Positions 13,504 through 22,933 of a stretch of DNA of 64,000 nt are shown here, piece after piece. Source of the DNA: Laetmonice hystrix. Its lineage: Eukaryota. Below the pieces are notes generated by a model. That model was given only the letters and a program-made list of their open reading frames with translations, was not told the origin of the DNA and ran no database searches. The stretch's first letter is position 1; each line of letters opens with the position of its first letter. The translations under genes were made by a program, and so were the position numbers. The DNA is taken from NCBI GenBank assembly GCA_965235115.1, contig OZ249436.1, forward strand, positions 23,004,001 through 23,068,000. The letters run 5' to 3'.

Positions 13504-13807
13504 TGTCATGGCCAGGTTTCCCCCGCGCCATGACAGTTCTATTTGTAATCTTAGGGACGGGACGTCCGTGCCCGTTTTATTACTTTGCCCCTATAAAACT
13601 GTCAATCAGTTCTTACCCCCACTTTTATATGTAAGGGCTACGGTGGTTGGCTACAACCGTAGCCCCAGGTTCTATATATACATATGTAGCCCGGTATGTA
13701 ATCAGTCTTGGACAGTAGTGGAGAGAGTCTTAAAGGAAAATAAAATAACATCGACCTGGAAGAACAGAGTTATCAGTTTGTCACAACCGTGGAACTTAGT
13801 CGTGACA
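13504..13807 (+). repeat. 5' LTR (304 bp)
   Basis: Identical by eye to 22934-23237; TG...CA ends; TATATATA near 13673; AATAAA near 13739. Confidence 0.97.
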
Positions 13808-13808
13808 T

Positions 13809-13822
13809 TGGTGGAAAACCCG
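13809..13822 (+). promoter_or_regulatory. Primer-binding site (possibly tRNA-Ala)
   Basis: TGGTGGAAAACCCG lies 1 nt after the 5' LTR; TGGTGGA is complementary to the ...UCCACCA 3' end typical of tRNA-Ala. The tRNA identity is tentative. Confidence 0.7.
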
Positions 13823-13844
13823 TGATCTATAAACAACCTCTCGT

Positions 13845-15410
13845 ATGCCGGTAGAGTTGCGACCAAGAAAGAACATTTCATATAAGCCCTCACGGCAAAC
13901 AGCCAAGATGGAGGACGAGCTTCTACAATTCGGAGAGGCAGCAGCACGGCGAGCACAAATCGGTTCGCCAGAGGACGACTACGAGACGGTGCGACCCCTG
14001 CGCCCCCGACCAATCTCCCCAGTCGTACAGGTGGTGCAACAAAGACCACCACAGACGCCACCACCTCCACCCTCTCCACCACCAACGGAATCAACGCAGG
14101 TGGAGATCTTTCAGAAAACCGTCCAGGAACTCACGAACAAAATGCAGCAACAACAAGATGCATTTCAACAAATGCAGTTGTTGCAGCAACAGACTCTCCA
14201 GGAGATGCAAAGACAAATGCAGCATCTCCTGCAAGCCTCCACGCCACAAGCAACCGCTCCAACACAACAACAACAACCAACGGTAGCCCCCACACAACAA
14301 CAACCAACAGTAGCCCCAGCACAAGACGTGCGAGTGGCTACACAACAGCAGCAAGGTGCATCAACAGCACCGCCCTCTCTATTAACACCACCCCCACCCC
14401 CACCCGCACAACAGCAACAACAACGGCAACAACAACCAGCACAACAACAGACCGTCACCGACCTGCAAACACAGGCTCAGCTTCTGGCGGCGCTGACGTC
14501 AAACTCAGCGAAAAAGTATATATCAGAGCCCGAAGTTTTCGCCAGACCAACTCCTAACAGAACGGGTGCCATTTTTCTGCGGGAGTACAAATCCTTTTTC
14601 TCCATTCTCTGCCCCAACAATAAGGAAGCTTTGTCAACAAGCTTCAAGAAATTCTTGGCTGGCCGAGCCAAGAATTGGTACTTAAACAATATTCAAGGTA
14701 AGCCAATTGCCACAGATTTCTCGACCATAGAAACATTGTTCCGGCAGTGGGCAGACAGAACCCAACAGGATCGGGAGGAGGAGGAATATGACCGCAGAAA
14801 ACAGGGCACACAGGAGACCGTCCAGGCGTACACAGACGCCATGGACGATCTTTTGGCCAACTCCAATTTGGACGAGGCACTGCGGGTCCGCATATACATC
14901 AATGGCCTGCGTCCTGATCTCCGTACCCTTGTGCGGGCGGAAAGCCCTCCAGATATGGCAGCAGCTGAGGCTGTCGCTAAACGGCACGAGCGGCAGCAAA
15001 AGTCGTATCTGGAAGCCTCTGGTCTGACAGCGTCTAATCTCCTGCAGACGCTCACGTCTGCCGGAGAAACTATTTCTGAAGCCGTCAGAAATATCCAAAG
15101 AGAGCGGCACCCTCAACAAGACAGACAACCCCGCCAACGGAGACAACGGCCTCCCTCAGACCAGCCTTGGGAATCTTCCCAAGATCAGCGCGATCAAAGA
15201 CAGCGACACCCGTCTCCGAGACCGCAGCAACAGCACAACCGCCCCCCGCAGTACGACAACCGCCGCAACCCCCCACACCAGTCGCCACGTGGCCACCAGC
15301 AGTTCGGCAGTAGAACACCACGATGGCCAAACACCACCCCCAACCAGCCAAGGTACAACCGTACCGACACCTATGGGCCACCGCCACAGTCGGGCCATTT
15401 AAACTGGTAG
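13845..15410 (+). CDS. gag: Gag (521 aa): Q/P-rich N-terminus, capsid-like core, R/Q/P-rich tail, no CCHC knuckle
   Basis: FLAGRAKNWY, RKQGTQETVQAY and IYINGLRPDLR are Ty3/Gypsy capsid-type motifs; lies directly after the PBS. Confidence 0.9.
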   Translation: MPVELRPRKNISYKPSRQTAKMEDELLQFGEAAARRAQIGSPEDDYETVRPLRPRPISPVVQVVQQRPPQTPPPPPSPPPTESTQVEIFQKTVQELTNKMQQQQDAFQQMQLLQQQTLQEMQRQMQHLLQASTPQATAPTQQQQPTVAPTQQQPTVAPAQDVRVATQQQQGASTAPPSLLTPPPPPPAQQQQQRQQQPAQQQTVTDLQTQAQLLAALTSNSAKKYISEPEVFARPTPNRTGAIFLREYKSFFSILCPNNKEALSTSFKKFLAGRAKNWYLNNIQGKPIATDFSTIETLFRQWADRTQQDREEEEYDRRKQGTQETVQAYTDAMDDLLANSNLDEALRVRIYINGLRPDLRTLVRAESPPDMAAAEAVAKRHERQQKSYLEASGLTASNLLQTLTSAGETISEAVRNIQRERHPQQDRQPRQRRQRPPSDQPWESSQDQRDQRQRHPSPRPQQQHNRPPQYDNRRNPPHQSPRGHQQFGSRTPRWPNTTPNQPRYNRTDTYGPPPQSGHLNW

Positions 15411-18400
15411 AGTGCGTGGATGGAGAGCCACATCCCCGTACTGACCAGCAGCATCGTAGAGACAATAAGCACACTGGGCGCGTCATCGTCAAGCCACCGG
15501 ACAACCAAGAGTCACCGCAGCAGAAAGGTAGGGGATTTTCTCTTCCCATTGAAAAAGGCTGCATTCCCTTAACAATAGGCCCTCTCCAAATACATTCGTT
15601 AGTGGATACAGGAGCGTCAGTCAGCTGTATAAAACCTAGTTTGGTTACAGCACTGATGAAGCTACCTGGGCGAATTTCCTTAAGGTCTTGTCAAACCAAA
15701 GTTTTCCTTGCAGATGGATCGTCACATATCTGCAAACGCAAAGTTTTTCTAAAATTTATGGTCGGCCCATACACCTTCAAACATGACTTTCTTGTAATCC
15801 CAATCGACAGAGCTGTCATTCTCGGCGTCGATCTTTTCAGAAAGCTCAGGGCCACAATCACATTCGATAATGATTACGACCCCCCATTACATACCATTCG
15901 CGCGCTTAAAGCCGTTTCTATTCCCCCTCTCACAGAAAGGACCATTTTTCAACCCGTTGTATCACACGTCAATATATCTGATACTGTAGGGGTCACAGAA
16001 AATGTGAAGAGAGCCAAACGTATTCCCTTGTTGGTAAAGAGAACACTGGTCAAACCTAATGATCGAAACCTTGTCCCAGTTACCATTCTCAATCTCTCGA
16101 CATCAGCATATAAGATCAAGAAAGGACAAGTTATTGCCTTGTACGTCAAGAAAGACGAAACTAATTTTACACCTTTGACAGACCAACCAACACAGTGTCA
16201 TTTACCAGGTAACAATATTTCTCCGCCATCCCCCTGTTCACATGACCGTGATACGGCTAGCGTATCACATCTGGTAGTGCCAGACAATGCAACATGTCAC
16301 GGCGTTTTTAAGGGAAAGATAGGCACAAAAACCATGGGTAAATTTACAGCTTTCTTTGGAGATATTTCCCCATTATCTAATTTGCATGTGTGTCAGTTCC
16401 ATGTCAGTGGAATGGCTTTTACGTCGGTTGAACAGTTTTTACAGTTCCGAAAAGCAAGGTATTATGGAAAGGAAGGTCTGGCATCACAAATTATGTCCAC
16501 CGATAGCCCCTTTACAGCTAGAAACATCGGTAAAGGAATCCGTACAGATGTCACCTGGTACGAAGAATCTATTGCAATTGTTAAAATTGGTTTATGGGCA
16601 AAGTTTTCCCAAAACTCCCATCTGTCTCACTTTCTAACCACACAAACAGCAGACACGCTTGTTCATGCGTGTAGAGATAAATTTTGGGGTGTAGGAATCT
16701 CTTTAAACAATATGGCAGTCTTCTCACCAGATCATTGGACTGGGCAGAACCTATTAGGTAAGGTACTAATGGACATTAAGCACCAGTTACGTAACAACCC
16801 TAACACACCCATTAGCGCAACCAGAGTAGCAGCTATTACTCGGTCGACTTGCGTACCGCCCCCAGTCCCTCAGGCAGAGGCCAATAAACCAGACAATGTC
16901 TGGGATATCTTTAAAGAGATAGCTAATGATGCAAACCCCATAGATAATCACACAAGCGAAAGTAAGCAATATTACATATCGGAGGACCTTACCATAGAAC
17001 AGAAAGCGGAACTTGAGTCTTTGCTGTCTGAATTCGATGACGTTTTTGTCGGTTCAGACAAACACCTTACAGGTACTCCCCTGTATAAACATTCAATCAC
17101 TTTGAAGGAAGGGTATATGCCTTGTAATAAGATGCCTTACAGGGCGGCGCCTCAGAAGCGCTATATTATGTCCAAATTATTAGAAGAGCAATGCAAACAG
17201 GGAATCATAGAAGAATGCACAGAACCAGGAGAATGGTCAAGCCCTGCTTTCCTCGTGGAAAAGGCTGGCTCAACGAAGGATAACCCCAAATACCGAGTGG
17301 TTCTCGATTTCAGAGGTCTGAACGAACAGATCAAAGACGTAGCTTTAAATTTCCCCCGGGCAGATGACACCTTAGCAATCGTTGGACAGGCAAAACCCCG
17401 CTATATCTCAAAATGTGACGCATTTTGTGGTTTCTACCAGATACCCCTCTCAAATGACAGCAAACCATACACGGCATTCACCACCCATGATAAAAGATAC
17501 CAATATCGTGTATTGCCAATGGGTTTGAAGACATCTCCCAAGGCATTTCAAAATCTGATGGAAATTTTAGTTAGAGAGCTCAAATACAAGAACTGCATGG
17601 CCTATATGGACGATTTAATCCTATGGGGAAATTCCTGGGAGGATCATCAACAAGCTCTCAGAGGACTACTCAAGGCCCTTATCAGGGGCAACATCAAACT
17701 CAGACGAGAGAAATGTTCCTTCGGTATGAAGTCCCTGCAGTTTCTGGGATACATCCTGGACGCGGAAGGCATTAGGCCCGATCCAGCCAAAGTTGAGGCA
17801 ATTCAGACATTTCCTGTCCCAAAATCTTTAAAACAGTTAAGATCATTTAATGGGTTAGCCCAAACATACAGGAAATTTATTAAAGGATTCGGATCAATCA
17901 TGCGCCCCCTATTCCAGTTAACACGGAAAGATGTCTCCTTTAAATGGGACGACAAGTGTCAACACGCCTTCGACTCCATCAAGAAGTGTATAACTACAGA
18001 TGTTGTTTTGCACCACCCAGATTTTGACAAGAAATTTACTTTGTCTACTGATGCTTCGAATTTTTCTTTGGGTTGTTGTCTTTCTCAAGAAGACCAGTAT
18101 GGATTTTTAAGACCTGTAGCCTTTGCAGGTAGATCTTTAACAAAACCTGAACAATCTTACTCAGCCACAGATAAGGAACTACTTGGTGTTATTTTCGCAT
18201 TAGAAAAGTTCCGTCCGTATCTTGAACTTCAGGAATTTGACGTTTATACAGATCATGCAGCCCTTCCAGCGCTTTTCAGAAAGAAAAACGCAACAGGTCG
18301 ACTTACTCGATGGTTGCATATAATTCAGGGATATAAAATCAATTGGAAACACATCAAAGGTAGTCTCAATGTTGTGCCCGATGCCCTAAGTAGAAGACAA

Positions 18401-20296
18401 TATGAACCATCATCAGATGATCACCCTCAATTACAAAACGTTCCGACAGAGTCAAAGCTAGGAGTCACATTCTCAGACATTTCTCATACATGGAAATACG
18501 ATTCTGAGTCAACCTATGTTCCAGGTCCCGTTATGGTTTTTAAACCAAAATCGATTTTATCAGGTGTAAATCACGAAAGCAACTGTTCAGCATGTAAGGA
18601 CCCAGAAGAGCCCAGTATAACAGTAGCAGCAATAACCAGAAGTATGACCAACAGAGACAAATCAATTAACACCCCCTCCCAGACCAAACCCACACTCACT
18701 GTAAAACCCCCCAAAGTTGCCCGAGGCAAAGCTCACAACAGACGTGAGAAAGCCCGCCCGCACGTCACGGCCAGTGCACAGGAAGCGATCGAGGCGTTGC
18801 TCAAGGTACCACACCTAGCACCCAGTGCACAGCAGGTAGCCGATGAGCAGCGTAAAGACGCTTTCTGTCGTGCAATGCTCGATTTTCTGGAGGAAGGAAA
18901 AATCCCAGAGGACAATGTCATGGCACGCCATCTACTTTTACAGCAAGACAATTTTATTGTTGTCGATTCTATTTTGTTTCACATGTCGTCGGATTTATTT
19001 GCGAAATTCAGCAAACTATCTGCTCAGGTTGTTATACCTGATGTGTGGATACAAGATATCTTGCGGTCGTACCATGACACTCCTTTGGCAGGACATCAAG
19101 GGTTCATGAAGATGTTGTCAGTTATAAAACCTCGTTTTTACTGGCCCACAATGAACAAGGACGCTAGGGATTATGTCAGCACTTGCCATTCATGTCTTCA
19201 GTCGAAACATCCCAATCGCAAGGCGGTCCCTCCCATGACCCTTAGATCCCCATCCTCCAGGCCTTTCGAAACTATTTCTATTGACAGCGTGGGGCCAATT
19301 CACACCTCGGCCCGCCAAATGAGGTATATCCACGTTGTTGTCGACTATTGCACGCGTTATGTCATCGCATGGGTCACCAAGTCCATCGATGCGGCAACTA
19401 CAGCTCGGGAACTGTTTAACAATGTAATCTGTGTATATGGTGTTCCAAGTACCATATGCTCAGATAATGGTCCAGCATATACAGAAAACATCTTCAAACA
19501 AGCCTGTAAACAATTCGGGATTAAACAAGTTTTTGGTAGCCCGTATCATCCACAATCACAAGGATTAGTGGAGAGGGCAAATCAAACCATCGTCACCAGT
19601 TTAAGAACCTTTGTCGACAAGGAACAGAACAACTGGGATCTGTATGTTCCAGCCCTTGTTTTTGCATACAATATTAGTGACACATATGCTCTAGGTTACA
19701 GCCCCTTTATGTTACTTTTTGGGAGAGCAGCAAGCACTCCGTCAGAAACCCAGCTTCCCTCTTTTGACAAGGAAACAAGGACAGTTAAGGATGCTTTACT
19801 TGACATTGTGCAAACCCAGAAAAACATCACAGAAAAAGCAGTCGAACGTCTGATTGAAACTCACGATATCATGAAAGACAGAAGGGATATCAGAGCAAAG
19901 GTACCTGCCATTGCACCAGGTGACCTCTGTTACTTATATATGCCATATCGCCTCCTCCCCAAAACCTCCCGCAAACTTCAACCCCATTTCCTTGGCCCAT
20001 GTCTCGTCACAGCCCAAACCTCCCCAGTGACGTTCAAACTACGCCGTCTCTCAGACAATAGGGACATAAAGCAATCGGTGCACATTGAGAGACTGAAGAA
20101 AGTACCACCCACAAGCAGTGACCGATTCCTTAAAAGACTAATTGTCAACCCCACAGCCTATTCCAGCCCCATTGAAGCGGCAATAAAACAACCCCTCAGC
20201 AAACGGGACAGAAAACTTATATCAGGTGCTAAGTCGCGAAAAGGACAATGCCACACGAAAACAAAGCGGCATTCCCGCGTGGGAAGTCGGGCGTAA
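15323..20296 (+). CDS. pol: Pol (probably entered by -1 frameshift near 15404): protease, dUTPase-like remnant, NADAR, RT, RNase H, integrase
   Basis: LVDTGAS (15605); NADAR 16343-16792; YMDD (17603); TDAS...KELLGV...TDH...DALSR; H..H..CHSC; SIDSVGP, SDNGPAY, GLVERAN; GPY/F-like FLGPC. The ORF is uninterrupted. Confidence 0.96.
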   Translation: MAKHHPQPAKVQPYRHLWATATVGPFKLVECVDGEPHPRTDQQHRRDNKHTGRVIVKPPDNQESPQQKGRGFSLPIEKGCIPLTIGPLQIHSLVDTGASVSCIKPSLVTALMKLPGRISLRSCQTKVFLADGSSHICKRKVFLKFMVGPYTFKHDFLVIPIDRAVILGVDLFRKLRATITFDNDYDPPLHTIRALKAVSIPPLTERTIFQPVVSHVNISDTVGVTENVKRAKRIPLLVKRTLVKPNDRNLVPVTILNLSTSAYKIKKGQVIALYVKKDETNFTPLTDQPTQCHLPGNNISPPSPCSHDRDTASVSHLVVPDNATCHGVFKGKIGTKTMGKFTAFFGDISPLSNLHVCQFHVSGMAFTSVEQFLQFRKARYYGKEGLASQIMSTDSPFTARNIGKGIRTDVTWYEESIAIVKIGLWAKFSQNSHLSHFLTTQTADTLVHACRDKFWGVGISLNNMAVFSPDHWTGQNLLGKVLMDIKHQLRNNPNTPISATRVAAITRSTCVPPPVPQAEANKPDNVWDIFKEIANDANPIDNHTSESKQYYISEDLTIEQKAELESLLSEFDDVFVGSDKHLTGTPLYKHSITLKEGYMPCNKMPYRAAPQKRYIMSKLLEEQCKQGIIEECTEPGEWSSPAFLVEKAGSTKDNPKYRVVLDFRGLNEQIKDVALNFPRADDTLAIVGQAKPRYISKCDAFCGFYQIPLSNDSKPYTAFTTHDKRYQYRVLPMGLKTSPKAFQNLMEILVRELKYKNCMAYMDDLILWGNSWEDHQQALRGLLKALIRGNIKLRREKCSFGMKSLQFLGYILDAEGIRPDPAKVEAIQTFPVPKSLKQLRSFNGLAQTYRKFIKGFGSIMRPLFQLTRKDVSFKWDDKCQHAFDSIKKCITTDVVLHHPDFDKKFTLSTDASNFSLGCCLSQEDQYGFLRPVAFAGRSLTKPEQSYSATDKELLGVIFALEKFRPYLELQEFDVYTDHAALPALFRKKNATGRLTRWLHIIQGYKINWKHIKGSLNVVPDALSRRQYEPSSDDHPQLQNVPTESKLGVTFSDISHTWKYDSESTYVPGPVMVFKPKSILSGVNHESNCSACKDPEEPSITVAAITRSMTNRDKSINTPSQTKPTLTVKPPKVARGKAHNRREKARPHVTASAQEAIEALLKVPHLAPSAQQVADEQRKDAFCRAMLDFLEEGKIPEDNVMARHLLLQQDNFIVVDSILFHMSSDLFAKFSKLSAQVVIPDVWIQDILRSYHDTPLAGHQGFMKMLSVIKPRFYWPTMNKDARDYVSTCHSCLQSKHPNRKAVPPMTLRSPSSRPFETISIDSVGPIHTSARQMRYIHVVVDYCTRYVIAWVTKSIDAATTARELFNNVICVYGVPSTICSDNGPAYTENIFKQACKQFGIKQVFGSPYHPQSQGLVERANQTIVTSLRTFVDKEQNNWDLYVPALVFAYNISDTYALGYSPFMLLFGRAASTPSETQLPSFDKETRTVKDALLDIVQTQKNITEKAVERLIETHDIMKDRRDIRAKVPAIAPGDLCYLYMPYRLLPKTSRKLQPHFLGPCLVTAQTSPVTFKLRRLSDNRDIKQSVHIERLKKVPPTSSDRFLKRLIVNPTAYSSPIEAAIKQPLSKRDRKLISGAKSRKGQCHTKTKRHSRVGSRA
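15398..15442 (+). promoter_or_regulatory. -1 programmed ribosomal frameshift signal
   Basis: T_TTA_AAC in the gag frame (15398-15404), 6-nt spacer, then stem-loop AGTGCG(T)GGATG-8 nt-CATCC(C)CGTACT (15411-15442); pol is in the -1 frame. Confidence 0.85.
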
Positions 20297-22920
20297 CTCT
20301 ATATGAGACCCCACCCCCAACTGTGCCGTACAGGTATTAACAAAACATTAGCGCATCAGCCAACCCTTATATACACACGTTTACGAGTCTGCACAGAGGG
20401 TGCATGACGATTTGCCTTTTTTTTACAGCGGCTCCGGCTGTTTCCCGCAAGTGGCTTTCCTCAATGGTATATATAACAAGTGGCTCACTGTATAGGATTA
20501 GAAGGACGCTATAAAAGCGCAATTTTGGGTGCAGTAAGCACTCCAGGTAGTCTAAGATTTGCTACCTACTTGTGTCAATGGACGCTCATTTCTGACCGGT
20601 CTTTTTACGAACTACCTATTTTTTATTACTGGATCCACAATAGCACAGGGCGGTAGTCACACGAATTTTTCAGCTTAATGACCAGTCGCGACATACCACA
20701 TCTGTGAGTTTGTTCCTTTTTTTTACGACCCTATGTTTAACACCTTGCCTGTAATTTTCACGTCGGGAATGGAAATACCCCCGTGATGAGCATTCCTTGG
20801 GACTAGAGCTCAGTCTTCTGGGAAAATATCGCTCAATTTCCTTACTGGCCAATAGCAAGCCATGACACATCGGAGGGAAGGCCACCCACCTGTGTATTGT
20901 TTGCCTTTATAGGGTTACGGGAGAAAGAACCCATGGCAGATCTCTGTGGAGATTTTGCACTGACAAAAAGTCAGACGGCAAGTGTGCACACACTTTGTTT
21001 ACAATCGCCCGCTATTTGTGGAATGAGCAGGATGCATCCAGTTCTAAGGTATGTTCCTATATGCAACCATGCAGTCACACATGTGCACCTCTGTGTCTGC
21101 TTATATATATATATTTTTTTTTTGGTGATTATATAACTTTACAAGTTATTGTTGAGCGCCGATATAGGCTTATATTTTTGCTGAACCTCATGCTCATATA
21201 CAGTGTTATATGTCATACACGTGTTACACGTAGGTCAGTAGCTTATATATTTTTTTTCTATGTGTTCTCGAAGAACCGAAGGATTTTATTTTGAAGTATC
21301 AGAAAACGCTATATTTGTTATTAATGCTGCGATACTAGCGGAAACAATCAGCTTGCTGACGGTAATGTCGTCGTTTTTTTTCTCTCTATCCCTCTGCAAG
21401 GTTAAGCATGAGGTTATTTAAGCGAGGTAAACGATTATTGAAAAGGAGTTGTATGCATTTTTTTTCTCTCCTTCTTCCCGCGTGTTATAGGCTGATCTCG
21501 CTCCTATTGCTGACGATGGGATGCACGTTCTACATTTTCACATAATTTTAGGATGATAATTTATTGTGTATACATAATAGTGTATCGACGCGAGTGACAG
21601 TCCTGTTTCCCTAAGTCCCATTTCCCCATTATTGGTACTTAGCAGCCTTTTTCTGGGAATAGAATCACCCCAGCCTTATAAGGTGTTGTTATAGCTACAG
21701 TTATCTTATTTGTTTGGCATGCATGATGTTTTCTATTTCTGACAGCGCTAACTGAGGAGGCCTATACGCCAGAAGTACAGACCCCCAACCGCGCGCATCA
21801 GCATGGCCTTCCCCGCAACATTAGTCCGTAGAGGTTTTTGCGAACCACAAGTACTTACTGTACTTCTTTATAATTATAGTAACGAAGGTTTTTGGTTTTG
21901 AGTTTTGAACATAACCCGATAGTGTGTTTTGTTGTATCTTTTTTTTATGCCATGTCGTTTTGTGTAACTGCCTTGTGGCATCGTATTGTTTAAGTTTGAA
22001 AGTTACATGTAGATTATAAACCCGTATTATTTTGTAAGGTACAGGAGGATTGTAATTGGTTACTAGTACACATTATATATCACCGGCGCCAGGCTCACGC
22101 TGAGTGTGTAGACTATATGTAAGGGTATCCTTCCCACACGTCATTAAGTTGTCCACCTTAAGTGTATGTGGAATATGCGATTGTCCATACGTCAGTCAGA
22201 CGATAGTGTACCTTTTCTTTTTGTTTATGTGTATTAATCATGTCATTATCACCAATACATACTTACGAGTATTACAACCCAGTTAAGGGACAACTGTTTT
22301 CTTTATAGAGGAGGAAAAGCCCCAGGGCAATAAAACCCCTTCTCACTATTGTTCGTAACCGCAATGTACACGTGAGCAGGGTCATTATTATCTCATTTGC
22401 ACCTATTCCCCGATTGAGTTTAGGGTACCTTTTGAAACCTCCAATCACTGTAAGTAATGTATGGACTGTATAGTAATCAGAGGAACATATGGTTACTCAC
22501 TGTGTCTACAGAGAAGTAATGTAGTATATAAAGAAAAATATCCAGGTTCGAATTCCAAGGCAATAGAACATAACCTTCATTGATGGTTGTACCTTAAGAC
22601 TAGTATAGCCAGTCAGTAATTCTATTTATAAATGGTATTTTCCCATGGAACGGATTAAGCATGTATATGTTAAATGTTTCTTTTTCTCGTGGCCCACAAT
22701 TGGTGTCCAAGCGATCAGTGTCAAATCCGTTGGTATTTTATTTCTATGCGATATACTTGTTTCAGTTTCTTAGGGAGATAATTACGTTGTATTAAGTCTT
22801 ATACCATGAATCCATGTCCGTCTTTTACCAAAGAGCCATTGAGGCATACTCTATTTTTTTATTTTTATGCGTGTAATTGTAGTAGATTTTAAGTTTGATC
22901 CCGGAGGATCTAGTCTTCCT

Positions 22921-22933
22921 AGGGAGGGGATGA
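22921..22933 (+). promoter_or_regulatory. Polypurine tract
   Basis: AGGGAGGGGATGA immediately precedes the 3' LTR. Confidence 0.85.

Noticed and set aside
13508..13825. 105-aa ORF and its 101-aa twin at 22938-23243
   Set aside because: Incidental ORF inside the LTR; duplicated only because the LTR is.
13702..15564. Many antisense ORFs over gag, including poly-Cys/Val/Leu peptides
   Set aside because: Shadows of CAA/CAG/CCA-rich gag codons.
16343..16792. A complete DarT-NADAR toxin-antitoxin pair or bacterial contamination
   Set aside because: No ADP-ribosyltransferase ORF is visible, and the domain is in frame within a eukaryotic Pol flanked by LTRs and a TSD.
18450..18565. PP1-docking-like KLGVTF / KSIL motifs in the RNase H-integrase linker
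   Set aside because: Neither matches the RVxF or SILK consensus exactly, and such short motifs arise by chance.
21752..21775. Hammerhead-like core CTGAGGA-GGC...GCC-AGAAG in the retrotransposon 3' region
   Set aside because: Lacks the required GAAA directly after stem II and has no convincing stems I/III; I also found no hammerhead near the Penelope remnant.
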